NCBI RefSeq assembly: GCF_037042905.1
Contig: NC_087247.1
Location: forward strand, 63,059,097-63,123,096
Length of the DNA stretch: 64,000 nt
Source of the DNA: Lytechinus pictus
Lineage: Eukaryota
Reading direction: 5' to 3'
Shown: piece by piece, positions 49,299-62,149 of the stretch
How the letters are laid out: each line of letters begins with the position of its first letter
Numbering within the stretch: the first letter of the stretch is position 1
Made by a program: the position numbers and the translations under genes
Notes under the pieces: generated by a model
What the model saw: only the letters and a program-made list of their open reading frames with translations
Databases searched by the model: none
What the model was told of the DNA's origin: nothing

Positions 49299-52200
49299 GT
49301 AAGTACTGAAAGAAAAAATCATTTAGAATGTAGCACGATTTAAATGTACATATTTTAAAAATATTTCAAAGTTCAAATTCAGTATGTTTCATTATTTCAA
49401 TTATAGCCATCAATAAGAAATCCTGAACAAAATAACAATATACCAAGTGGAAATGATGTCATAATCTCATAGTGTCCTCTGTCAGAGGATATAGGAAATA
49501 TGCATAAATAGAGTTGTCACAGATGCGCCAGCTGCACATCACCAACGCATGTCGAATGGACCCAACCTACCCCAAATTACCATCAAAGAAATTTGTCATT
49601 TGTGACAATGAACAACAAATCACTGACACCTTCGCCAGAATCAACAGGATTTTGGAGACTGGTTTTTGTCTCACCTGCATAGCAGAGTGAGACTATAGGC
49701 GCCGCTTTTCCGACGGCGGCGGCGTCAACACCAAATCTCAACCGAAGTTTTTGAATGACAGCATAACTTAGAAAGTATATGGACCTAGTTCATGAAACTT
49801 GGCCATAAGGTTAATCAAGTATTACTGAACATCCTGCCTGAGTTTCATGTCACATGACTGAGGTCAAAGGTTATTTAGGGTCAATGAACTTAGACCATGT
49901 TGGGGGAATCAACATCAAAATCTTAACCTAAGGTTAAGTTTTTGAAATGTCATCATAACTTAGAAAATATATGGACCTAGTTCATGAAACTTGAACATAA
50001 GATTAATCAAGTATCACTGAACATCCTGCATGAGTTTCACGTCACATGATCAAGGTCAAAGGTCATTTAGGGTCAATGAACTTTGGCAGAATGGGGGTAT
50101 CTGTTGAATTACCATCATAACTTTGAAAGTTTATGGATCTGACTCATGAAACTTGGACATAAGAGTAATCAAGTATCACTGAACATCCTGTTTGGAGTTT
50201 TAGGTCACATGTTCAAGGTCAAAGGTCATGTAAGATCAATGAACTTTGGCCATGTTGGGGGTATTTGTTGAATTACCATCATATCTCTGTGTATTGGTCT
50301 AGTTCATAAAACGTGGACATAAGAGTAACCAAGTATCACTGAACATCTTGTGCGAGTTATTAGTCCAGTCAATCTAGCCAGAATAGGGGGGTAACCCACA
50401 ACTAATTGCAACACAAGATATTCCACTGAAATGCTTTCCAGGAAGGTCCCCTAAACAACATACTAAAAGTCCCAAGAAATCCAAGCAGTGGAAATTTATG
50501 AAATTTGCATATTATGCAAATTAGCCATGAAAAATTAGAAAAAGAAGGGAAATAATCCAAAGATTACAAATTAAATGTCCAAAACAATTTAATTTGAATG
50601 GAAATTCATGATAAATAACTGAATTCAATGTTTTTAATCAAAAGTGCAAAAATTTCTACCTCATTTGCATATTATGCAAATATGCATCCTTATATGAAAA
50701 AAATGTCAAGATATTGTGAATTTTCTCATATAGACTGCTTGAAAAAATTTCATTAATGTTGACATTAATATGCCAATCATATCACTAAGCATGAGAATTC
50801 ATCCCAATGCCTGAAAATTAATTTGCATATTATGCAAATTAGCCATAAAAAATAGAAAATGAGGAAATTAATCCAAAGATTACAAATTAAATGTCAACAG
50901 CAAGTAATTAAAACTTCATGATGAATAAAAAAGTTCAATGTCTTTATTTAAAAAGTTAGCAAATGTGCCTCATTTGCATATTATGCAAATAAGTATCCTT
51001 ATATGGAAAATGTAAAGAAATTTTGATTTTTTATCACATTGACTGCAGTGAAAACATTTCAGTTTTTCAAATTAATATGCTGCTATCACTAAGCATTCAA
51101 ATCTATCCTAATATGATTTATATTCAAGGAAAAATACTGGAAATATGTTCTTCGCTTCCTAAGCGTTAGTCTGACAAGATGATGGGATTGGCAAGAACAA
51201 AGCACAGTATTTGATTGGTGTGAAGTTTGTTAGAGTTGACAACCATTTCTTATGTGGATGGGAACGACTTAGACTTTCTTCAAATTTCACCGCATAAACA
51301 TGATAAAGTGAGGCCAGGAAAAGCAAACTTATGGCAGGTAAGATCTGATGAGTAGTCTCATTAAGAAGTGCAGCAGAGATTCCGTCTGGCCTAGTAGCTT
51401 CATGCAGGTTGTTTTCTTTAACATTTTCTTCAGTAGTCTGGCTACACCTGCTTGACTAAACAATATGTTATCTGGCCATATCTGGGTCAGGACTGGGTCC
51501 CAGGACTTCAGCGTCATCATCATCATGATCAGTGGTGAATACTAAGACTAAAAATATTTGCCTTCCTTTAATAATGATATTCCAATGTAGTCATAGGTAT
51601 TGATATTAAGGGCTTCCAACATGCTAATTGTTACAGCCTGGATCATTGTCAATCCGGTCAACAAATTATAGGCTTGTCTATAAACCCTCTTATGGTCCTC
51701 TTTAGTGCATTGTAGCAATTCTAAGCTTTACCTTACTGATGCTTTTGGAGCATTAAAATGTGCAAGCCTTCCTAGCCTTTCTCTGAAACTCTTGACATCT
51801 TCCGACACAACTTATGTTCATTGTCTCATTGAGGCAACTTGTGTCGGAAGAAGACATGGTTAACGGTGTGTTCCTGTTAAAGTCCTCTTGATTGGCATTC
51901 AGTCTCCTACGTCGACTTGTCGGATTTCAGTACAGAGAGTTGTATGATTGTCCAAAGTACATCTGCATGACACTATTAAAGTCAGCATTCCTCCAGAAGA
52001 ACATCCTTAGTTGTACCATAAAATGTTTATTCCTCTGGACAACCTCACAGTATACCCATGAGTAGCACATTGTGGCAAATAAATCCTGGAAGTGGTACAC
52101 ACTGTCTAATCAATGTTGGATGGTATTTGATGGTGATGTTAAGGGTGTTCCATTATGTTGTGTCCTCTTGTTGGAAAGGCAATAATCTGGCTTAGTCCTC

Positions 52201-52573
52201 CATCTGGTTTGTTCATTGTCTCACTGAGGAATTTCTGTTTACCATAAATATCAGGAAATTAATATTATTATTTGCATACGACTTACTTAGAAACTATAGC
52301 TTTAATATTTGGAGATGGTTGCCATAGGAGATTTATCAAAGAGGAAAGAACAGAAAATGGATGCTTCATCATGAAGCAGCAATATCAGCAAGAACGTCTA
52401 ATCACGATTCCTGTATCTGAGAAAGATGCCTATAATGCACTTTAAGCCTTCATCATGAATTTATGAATGGCTTTCATGTCGCTCGTATAGGCAAATGCCC
52501 ATTGTTACTCTTATTAAGCATGCCCAGAGATCTTGTGATCCAAGCAAGTACTCTTATTCACCACCAAGACAAG

Positions 52574-52607
52574 TGATGATGATGGTGATGATGATGATGA
52601 TGATGGG
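52574..52607. repeat. (GAT)n microsatellite. Other microsatellites: (CCCT)6 at 45117-45140, (TA)n at 15287-15307 and 60850-60872, (GT)7 at 18587-18602, (AAT)n at 58389-58406
   Basis: Direct reading. Confidence 0.95.
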
Positions 52608-52717
52608 TTCTTGTAAAGCGCCGGTATCCGCCTCAGCTGGGCGCTCATGGCGCTTGCTCAAAAATAGGAAATATCTCACAAATTTCAATGTCTTCAAACA
52701 GTGATTAGGATCATCAT

Positions 52718-53068
52718 TCAGTTCAAGTACTGTCCTAGTAATGCTACAATTGAGTTATTCTTGTCTTGGGATAATGTTGGAGTGGGGAACAGAAAGGCCT
52801 TCAGGTAAGACTCAAAAGTTGATTGGGTCTCTGCTCTCCTGATAAATTGGGGAAGGCTATTCCACAGCTTTGGTCCAGAGATGTAGAAGGCTCTGTCACC
52901 CCAGGTTGTTTGAGATTCCCTCAGCAATGCTTGAGCTGCTGATCTGAGACTGCGTGTTGGTCTATGCTGAGATAAGAGCTCTGAGATGTAGGGTGGAGAT
53001 TTATCGTTAAGCGCTTTGAATACAAGGACCCCAAGTTTATAAGCTAATTGGTGTGCTACAAGGACCAA
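52718..53068 (-). other. TE-derived ORF inside the nested element; carries a retroposon-tail peptide motif (...GDRAFYISGPKLWNSLPQFIRRAETQSTFESYLKAFLF...)
   Basis: Resembles the recurrent deuterostome retroposon-derived C-terminal peptide type (AF...AP.LWN.LP....R.A.T...FKS.LKT.LF) seen at the ends of many TE-derived predicted proteins. Recognised from memory; family not assignable. Confidence 0.35.
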
Positions 53069-54748
53069 ATATTCATATTAGAGGAAAGTATCACTTTTGT
53101 GTTTCCTTGAATATTTATAACATGTCGGATGCTTATTTGCATAATATGTAAATTACACTTCAGATATTAAGCTGATTATTAATGTATTAGCCATTCTTAG
53201 TGCTCACATCATATTGATCTAGATTGAAATGTTTTCATAACTGTTTTTGTGAGAAAAATCAAAATTTCTAGATTTTTTCCATATAAAGATGCTCATAATA
53301 TGCAAATGAGGTAGAGTTATTCACGATTTTTTATTTAAAATAAATAAATTTGTAAAACTTATAATGGGCTTCAGTTCAATTCGTATTGATTTCTGCACTT
53401 GATTTCCAATATTTGGATTATTTTCCTTATTTGTAATTTATTATGGCTAATTTGCATAATATGCAAATTTTGTGATTTTCCATATGCTTGTATATTTAAG
53501 GACTTTTAATATGGTGTTTGGGAAACCTTCCTGTAAGGTATTGCCATATTCCAATTTCAATAGATAATCTACTTGCAATTTTTGAGGGATGTATCACCAG
53601 TGTGTTTTCTTGAATATTTATAACATGTTAGATACTTTTATTTGCATAATATGCAAATTACACTATAGACACTAAGCTAAATACATTTAGCTGAATACAA
53701 ATGTATTCAAAGTCCTTAGTGATTGCAGCATGTAAATTCCAACATTAATGAAATTTTCAAGCAGATAATGAGGGAAAAATCACAATACCTTGACATTTTT
53801 CAATATAAGGATGCTTATTTGCATATTATGCAAATGAGGTAGATTTTTTTTGCACTTTTGACAAAAAACATTGAATACAGTTATTTATCATGAATTTTCG
53901 CTCAAATTGAATTGTTTTGGACACTTGATTTGTAATCTCTGGGCTATTTTCCTTATTTTTCTAACTTTTTATGGCTAATTTGCATAATATGCAAATTTCA
54001 TAAATTTCCACCACTTGGATTTCTTGGGACTTTTAGTACGTTGTTTAGGGGACCTTCCTTGAAATCATTGCAGTGGAATATCTCGTGTTGCAATTAGTGG
54101 TGGGTCAAACCCTATATTGACTGGACTACATGTATATAGTAGTTTTCAAAGTCAGCACTGCTGCTATATTGAATCGCGTGATGCAGGTGAGACCGCCAGA
54201 GGCATTCCACTTGTTTGAGATTTTAAAGCACCAGATGTGCAGCACAAACAAATTTTTCCATACTGCATGTATTTTCATTTAGTGGCATCATCAATAGTTG
54301 CCTATTTGGGATGGCCATTGTTGCTTAATTATTCAAATTGGCTGCAAGACCAGCAGAATTTGTGCTTTCCAAATTGAATTATTTGAAAGGGCTAAATTAG
54401 GTTTTATACAATTATAGAATTGCTAATTGGCCCCTTACATAATAGGGACGAACAAGGAGGATGTCTAGCATTCACCTACACTTGCTTTAGCAATAAACTA
54501 GAGGTAAATATTTCTAGGTTGCCATGTGCATTTTTTTTTTTTTTTATTATAAAAAAATTGACTCCTTTGAATGCAATATATTGTTCTGTGAGAATTCACA
54601 TATTTAAAAGAATTGAACATTTAAAAGATTTTTATTTCTGGGTCACTTTTGATTCCGAGAAAGATTAAATATACTGTACCTTGGACATGAAATGGATTAA
54701 AGATTAGGGTTTCGTTAATGGTTTCTTTCACATCTTTCATTACTACAG

Positions 54749-54868
54749 AATCAAGTGATGTGAAAGCCAGTATTGCTGCTCTATCATTCATCTTGTCAAG
54801 TGCTGCTAAATACAATGTTGATGGAGAATCCCTCTCAAATGAATTACAACAGTTAGGCTTACCAAAAG
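54749..54868 (+). CDS. COMMD4: COMMD4 exon 5: (E)[39 protein letters not shown]
   Basis: Acceptor tactacag|, donor |GTATAA at 54869. Near-identical to human [40 protein letters not shown]. Overlaps the supplied ORF 54718..54936. Confidence 0.9.
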
Positions 54869-56856
54869 GTATAAATTTTCACTTGTATCAATTTAACATC
54901 ACTGATTCAAATGAACAAAATGAATCATACCAATAAGGTAATAAGAGGGGCAAATAAGTTGTGTATAACTTTATACCTACCTCCAAGGTAAAACTCAAAA
55001 CTAAGATTTTAGATTTTCATCATTACTCAAACCTATTGTAATGAGATATTAGTTTGTTCTAAATTGCTTTTAGTGCCAAATATTATTATTGGAAATAAAT
55101 AAAATTTATTGACTGAATCAAAATATATTTTTTTTATTTGATATGGTTTTAAGGACGTTCCACAGTTAAGTGAAATCCATGTCATTTCTCTAAACTTTGC
55201 ACATAGATACTTAAGCACCTGAATATTCCAAATATGGATCCATGTGCTTGATTCTTTGCTATAGAGCTCCAGAGTTCACCCAAATTGCGCATTCAACAGA
55301 ATTTGGCATTTTTAGACCCGACAATATCACTAAAATGAGTTTGAACCTCATTACTCAGTCAAAATCCATGAAAATTTCATCACATTTCGCAATATAGTTA
55401 ATAATTGTGTCCTAACGATGGAGAATCTGTCTATATTGCTATTTGTTTGCTCTTTTGTCTAACAGCACTGCCAGTTCTGAAAAAAATGTATGAAAGATAA
55501 CAAAAACCCAATCTAAAAAAATGGGAATTTCAATAACAAACTTGAGAAGTACGATAAATGCTGCACTTTATTTAAAATCTATGTCCTTTTCACCAATTTT
55601 TGCAAAGTTGTAGAGGAAAGTATATCTAAGAGGTGCAAAAATTAGAAAATAGGGGTTCATGTGCTTTTTTTTCAAACTATCATCACTTTTTTTTTTAGCA
55701 AGTGTGCTATTAAAATTAAAACACCAAAACGCGCCAAATGCTTTGTATCTTTGTGAGAAAACATTCCAAACCACTCAATCATTTATTCAAACTCGGGTCA
55801 AATTCGTCATACTTTGCAACACTGCAGACTAAAGTATTTGGAAGTTGTAGAGGTATTTAAGAAAATGGTCTATGTAATAATTCCAGTTTATTACCTTCAT
55901 AAAATAACACATCGGATCTGCAGTTAGAGTGCAGGTAATGAGGAAAATCAGAAGATCATTGTGATGTCAGCATGCAGAGTGTAAATTATGCGCAGTGTAA
56001 ATCATGATGCGCACAAACATAACTGTGGGATGTCCTTAATTGAGGAGATAAAACCTGTAATACATGATTTGGTAATTTAATAAAGCCTAATGGACTAGGA
56101 GAAAACTAGGATCAGTTGAGAAAAGGATGTAAAGAACTGTACACACACCAACATACATGTAGCTATTGATATTGAGCTTTTGCTGAACTTGGAAAAGAGA
56201 ACAAGATTATAGATATTTGAACAATAGACTATCATATAGACCAAGCACAACTTTCATTCAAATGCATAAAATAAATCAATTGATAAAAAAAGTATTATTT
56301 TACTCTGCTTTTGGTAATATACTTTCATATGTCATTTTGAATTACCAGTATTCATTGTAAGTTCTTGTGTGAGCTGCCAAATAGATTACGGTACTTCATC
56401 AAGTACTTGTTTGTACTTTTGTTGGGCATAACTGATTATATGTAGACTGTCTATTCTGTCTACTTTTGAAACATACTGTCAAGCAGATAAAGATGTTTTC
56501 TTTGTAAAGATTTATTGGTGTTTCTAAAGATGCAAGTACTTGGAAATAAAAATAGACATTTTTAACTTCTGAAGGTTGATTCAGATTTATTACCACAAAC
56601 TGAGTTAAATGAATTTTGCTGGTTTATAATTCCAAAGATTATTTTTGACTACTAAGAAACTATACAAAATTGAGGTACCCCATCATTTACCTCCCACTGA
56701 AAGAAATAATAGCAAAAAACATGCAACTTTTTAACCAGTTGTCTTGCAAGATTCATGCGCATGTTACACGACTTGCCTGTACTTCACACCATATAGTGCT
56801 CATCTTTGCACTAATGTGAATGTCAGTGAGTTGATTTCTCTTTTGATTACATGCAG

Positions 56857-56937
56857 AACATTCAGCGGCTCTGAGTAGGTCATATGGAGATAAAAGAGAG
56901 AAGATGCAAGAGACTTTTAGATCAAGAAGCTTGAGAT
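56857..56937 (+). CDS. COMMD4: COMMD4 exon 6: (E)HSAALSRSYGDKREKMQETFRSRSLR
   Basis: Acceptor acatgcag|, donor |GTAAGT at 56938. Corresponds to human [27 protein letters not shown]; more diverged, but the phase (1 in, 1 out) fits the neighbouring exons exactly. Confidence 0.7.
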
Positions 56938-57457
56938 GTAAGTTGAGTATTTGTATAGTGTAGGAAGCTGAAGCTAAAATAATTTGGAAGAAAAATTCAA
57001 ATTTACCCTTGAACAATGCAGTTGAATATTTTTTGATAAATTCAATGGGGGTATTTACAATAAATATAGGGAGGGGTAACTGAAATAACAGGTCATGAGT
57101 ACAGATATTTGTAAGGAAACTTAAGGATATGTGTAGGTAAGAAAGTGGATCTTTGGATCCATATTTTATGTTTCTTGGGTTGAAACCTCATGAATGTATT
57201 TTGAGCTCAGAAATTATAAAATGAAAGCAAAGCAGATTTAAAGAAATAGAGAACCAAGATTGTTTCTCAAACTTAATTCATGATATCACCTTTTGAAAAT
57301 AAATAATGTAATATTTGATTTAAGTGACTTTTCAGATTTTAAAGTATTGTTTATTCAAATTGCCATACAATCTTTAGAGCTCACTGCTCTTGTAAGATTG
57401 TGGCAGGTTTAGTACGTATGAACTATGTATGCCTATTTGTCTTTCTTTCTCTTTCAG

Positions 57458-57634
57458 TATCCAAGTTTGATTCCGTAGACTGGAGAGTAGATTATATCCT
57501 CGGTTCAAGTGAGATTGAGACAATCAACGAGCCTAATCTACAACTCAGACTTAATCTAAGAGATACAGATACAAATTCTATCAATGCCACTTCTTTCTCC
57601 ATTTCTTCTGAAAAATTTAGAACCCTACTAAGTG
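57458..57634 (+). CDS. COMMD4: COMMD4 exon 7 (COMM domain core): (L)SKFDSVDWRVDYILGSSEIETINEPNLQLRLNLRDTDTNSINATSFSISSEKFRTLLS
   Basis: Polypyrimidine acceptor ttctctttcag|, donor |GTGAGT at 57635. Matches human [29 protein letters not shown]...MSLSADKFQVLLAEL. Overlaps the supplied ORF 57400..57699. Confidence 0.9.
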
Positions 57635-58103
57635 GTGAGTTTTATTTGCAGTTGGTTGTGTTCAGTGTGATACTTGATATCAGTGTTCAAGGTGTATAAA
57701 GTTATGTTTAAAAAGGTTCAGACAATCTCAAGCCTAATGGAAAATGAATTTTTCTGAAGTCTTTCGTACTTTCACCTGTAACTGTATTTATGAAGAGTGT
57801 CATCTACCAAAAGTTGAATCTTTACTTTATTCTTACAATGCTTAAAGAACCATTAACTATATAAGTTTTTTATTACCTCACTATTTATTAAGATCAGAAT
57901 GAATTTCACTCACATCTCTGGCATTGAAATATGTTTGTTCATGTTTTCAACATGTCAATGTAATTATTTTAGTGCAATATGTATCATTCAGCTTAATTAT
58001 ATTCTTTTTGTAACGAATTATTCCTGCTTCGTAGTGTCTTTTTCTTTATTGAATATCTTAATTTTTTCTCTGCTCAATGTTTTTTTTTCTTTATTGAATT
58101 GCA

Positions 58104-58144
58104 GAACTTCAGCAAACTTTAAAACTCATGGATGGCTTATCATA
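58104..58144 (+). CDS. COMMD4: COMMD4 terminal exon: (E)LQQTLKLMDGLS then stop TAG at 58142-58144
   Basis: Acceptor ttgaattgcag|. Matches the human C-terminus AELKQAQTLMSSLG-stop. Total spliced CDS is 600 nt = 199 aa, as in human. Confidence 0.75.
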
Positions 58145-59989
58145 GCTGAGATGATGTTACTCACCAGCTACACTCTATTTTATTATAAAGCATTATAAAT
58201 TACTAGATGACAGTGGAATCAAATCAAATGATTGGTTGTGCTCATGTGTGACCAGGTAATTGTTTTGCCTAGCAAGTACATTTACCTATGACTGGTGGTG
58301 AGCGGTCAGAAGGAAAGTCTAATCACGGTTATTGTTTTGAGATGAGGATGGTTTGTCAAACAACAACGATCCTTATCAGTATCCTGTAAAACATATAATA
58401 ATAATAATAATAATGTGACTTATAAAGCGCCAAATCCACTCTGTAGAGTGATCAAGGCGCATAAAGAACAAAGAGTTACATTAAAAAGTTTTTAGAAGAG
58501 GTATATATGTCACCTTGTTGGGCATTTGTATAATACTCACCCTTTGTTTCCTTTGAAATAGTCCTGATATATTAGAATTGTTGTAGAACTGTTTCATTAG
58601 TAGACCGTGCATTACTTGTATAATTTTTACATTTATTTTTAGTGATATCCAGGTATATAATATGCATAAGAGAAATCAGATGTTAATGTGTATAAGCTGC
58701 CTAATTCCAGTGTATGTTTTGCATCAAAGTGCTATAGATCTTCATACTCATGTAATTGGTAAAAGGAAGCAAGAGGGAACAAAGGTGATATTTCCTCATT
58801 TTTAATGATGCTGATAAAATATAATGAATTACCTTAACATATCTATAAGTAGGATGATTGATCATTCATATGATTGGCCTAGGAGTCAACAATTTTTGGT
58901 AAGATACATCAGTTACTCTTGGGTGCATAGGTCACTTTCTCTCCTTTGCTGTAGTAAGAATGGAAATAGTAAAGGGTATTTGTATAGCCCGCATTTCCAC
59001 CTTGTTAGGTGCTCAAAGCACTCCTTTATTATCCCAGCTAAGCTAGTCTATCAATGAGATACATGTAGTCTGTTGAGTATTATGAAAGAGTTCTTTGCTA
59101 GGCATATCTTTCTCCTAATAGACCAGTTCGTAGTTACTTCATGGACAATTTTGGTCACATGACCTTTCATTTCTTTCATTATGATAGGCAGATTTCAAAG
59201 CAAGATATTACGTAAGCATGCCTTACATCGCAGGATGAAGAAATTGAATAGACCAGGTGACTAGAATAGCACACCAATGAACACTTTATAAAGGTATTTG
59301 TTGCATTCCTACTTTGAATGCATATCATAGCATGTTGCACAATGTACTTGGCAAACTGTAAATACCAGTCGTTGTTGTTGTTTTTGGATGTAAATGAAAA
59401 ACACAATTCAAAAGAATATATGAATAATCAAGACATCAAAGTTGGTGCTTATCTCATTAGATTTGAAACCACCATGTCATTTTAGTACAAATGACCTTTC
59501 TCTGATCATGCGCAGAATCTTTTGATCATGCGCAGAAAGGAACTACGAATTGGCTTATTTCTAGTTTGCTATTGCCATCCCCAGTTATTTGCTAGCCCAA
59601 ATATACAAAACTGTAGACATGTCCCACCATTTACCCCTCTATTACAATATCCACTTTCAGTATTTCAGTTTTCCTCATGATAGCCATTGTGTTTTAGATA
59701 AGATGGTGAATAACATTGTAAGCATTGGTATGTAAGAAGTATTCAATACAAGATTTTATAGGAAACTGGTGTAATTTTTGTAGTATGGGTGTTATAATCT
59801 CACTGTTGAGTTTTTGATCCATTGAATTTTATGAATTTGATTATCATGGAGACCATACATTAGGCTTTGATGAAAATCAATCATGAACCATTTTTATGCC
59901 CCCGCAGACGAAGTCTGGAGGGGGCATTAAGTGTTGCCCCTGTCCGTCCGTCTATCCTTCTGTCCATCGTTCCGTCCGTCCCCCCACTT

Positions 59990-60775
59990 GGTTTCCGCGT
60001 AATAACTCGAAAAATATTTAATGGATTTTAAAAATTGTTGGTGTGTAGGTAGATGACACCAAAATACAGGCTAAGTTCGAATTCAGAGTCCGCAGGTCAA
60101 AGGACACAGCTCATTAAATATGCGAGTTGGTTTCCGAATGATAACTTATGAAATATTCAACAGATTAAAAAAAATTTGGTGTGTAGGTAGATGACACCAA
60201 AATACAGGCTAAGTTCAAATCAGGAGTCCACAGGTCAAAGGTCACAGCTCATTAAATATGTAAGTTGGTTTCCGCATGATAATTTATGAAATATTCAACA
60301 GATTAAAACAAATTTTGGTGTGTAGGTAGATGACACCAAAATACAGGCTTAGTTCGAATTCGGAGTCCGCAGGTCATAGGTCACAGCTCATTAAATATGC
60401 AAGTTGGTTTCCGCATGATAATTTATGAAATATTCAACAGATTAAAAAAAAAATTGGTGTGTTGGTAGATGACACCAAAATACAGGCTTAGTTCGAATTC
60501 AGAGTTCAAAGGTCACAGCTCATTAAATATGTGAGTTGGTTTCCGCATGATAACTTATGAAATATTCTACAGATTTTAAAAATTGTTGGTGTGTAGTAGA
60601 TGACACCAAAATACAGGCTAAGTTCGAATTCGGAGTCCACAGGTCAAAGGTCACAGCTCATTAAATATGCAAGTTGGTTTCTGCATGATAACTTATGAAA
60701 TATTCTACGGATTAAAAAAATTGTTGGTGTGGAGGTAGATGACACCAAAATACAGTCAGGTCACATAAAATGACC
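59990..60775 (+). repeat. Tandem array, ~138-bp unit, about 5.5 copies. Unit: ggtgtgtaggtagatgacaccaaaatacaggctaagttcgaattcagagtccgcaggtcaaaggtcacagctcattaaatatgcgagttggtttccgcatgataacttatgaaatattcaacagattaaaaaaaattt
   Basis: Period about 138 bp (unit starts at 60041, 60179, 60317, 60456, 60587, 60726). Left flank hairpin atgcccccgcagacgaagtctggagggggcat (59900-59931); right flank hairpin cagtcaggtcacataaaatgacctgactg (60756-60784), then (AT)n. Each unit carries AGGTCAAAGGTCA. Confidence 0.8.
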
Positions 60776-62149
60776 TGACTGTCATATCTTCTGTCAGAGA
60801 TTATTATGGAAAGGGTGAGTCTTTAGGTCATAGGTCTAAATTTGTTCATTATATATATATATATATATATATGCATATTGGTTTCTGCACGATATTAAGT
60901 TCAATCATATTGAATGAATTTCTGATCGCTTTAAACGGGGCATCTGTGTCCTTTGGACACGTCAAATAAAAAAATAAAAAAATATTTTTTTTGGGGGGGG
61001 TTCTGATAGAAATTAGCAAATTTTCCCAATGTTATACAGGGCAAATGAACTAGTCACCAGTACATTTTTTTTATAGCTGTCATACTTAGTTTTCTATCCA
61101 GTTGTATACAACCATTTCTTACGGTATCTACACATTTAATTAAGGTGATAACAAGTTCTGTTCCATCTGTCTTCTGCTTCTAAATTCTCTAGTGAGATGA
61201 AATACTGCAGTTTTGTTACAATTAAGTTTAATTTTTTGACGTAGATAGCTGGGTTTAGGAAACAATATTATGGTATGTCGTTATAATTCTTACATAATTT
61301 TTACCTAGAACCGATAAAAACAACATTTATCATGTGATGAATCTATATCTACAATGTATATGAATGCTTCGAAATCTGCAGTACAGACTTAATACCATCT
61401 TAATACCAATGAGAGCAAAAGTACAGTTTAATTTCTTTTGACTCACAGCCAAAGAACAAATTTCTCTGCCCCACAGTAATGTATATGACATAGTGCAAAT
61501 ACGCAGGTCAGTATGTTATCTTTGCATATTGCACTCATTTCATCAATACACTGAAACTAATTGGAAACCATAAGTAGATGTTGGCAGTTTGAGACTACAT
61601 TTACTCAGTTACATACCAATTTTCTTCAAATTGGTTATGGACTTATGCCAGAATCGTCACTATGATTATTCTTCATGAATTTTACAAATACTATACACTC
61701 ACAAAATATCTACTTCTATAAATTTACATTGCTGCACTTTGGATATTACTTCAAAATTGAAAGTGTTCAGTTTGCAGACAATGGCTTGCCGAGTTCAAAT
61801 TCATTTTGAAATAGATATTGACATTACAGTAGGCTTTAGGCATATTGATATTTAAACTAGTGTTGACATATTGCAGAATAGTGAGAATGGTATCTCATAC
61901 TCTGTTATTTCCAAAGAGTAAAAAGTATCGTTATTTGCTTTTATAATGGCATATTATTGTATTAATACTGTAAGATCTTTACAAAGGATCTGTATAACAT
62001 TTGAAATATTGTATATGTACCTCTATTTGTATGGAATAAAACATAAAACATAGATTAGATTATAATTCTTATCACTTTAGAGAGAATAATTGCTTGATTA
62101 CATTAAATATAAGCCAATGTTGGCTGTATTTCTGAGTTAGAAGAATGGT

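Larger units (their letters stand above)
50358..54126. mobile_element. Nested non-autonomous element with long (~0.7 kb) terminal inverted repeats inserted into copy 4
   Basis: Left terminus TAGTCCAGTCAATCTAGCCAGAATAGGGGGGTAACCCACAACTAATTGCAACACAAGATATTCCACTG... and right terminus ...CAGTGGAATATCTCGTGTTGCAATTAGTGGTGGGTCAAACCCTATATTGACTGGACTA are reverse complements. The arms contain repeated palindromes TTTGCATATTATGCAAAT. The host sequence gcgagtta|tagtagtttt is interrupted at exactly this point. No intact ORF. Confidence 0.6.
49663..54215 (-). mobile_element. Same TIR/satellite element family, copy 4, reverse orientation, lying in COMMD4 intron 4 and interrupted by a nested element
   Basis: 49663-49680 TTTTTGTCTCACCTGCAT is the reverse complement of the family right end. 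54181-54215 ATGCAGGTGAGACCGCCAGAGGCATTCCACTTGTT is the reverse complement of the family left end. 180-bp units are visible at 49700-50350. Confidence 0.7.
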
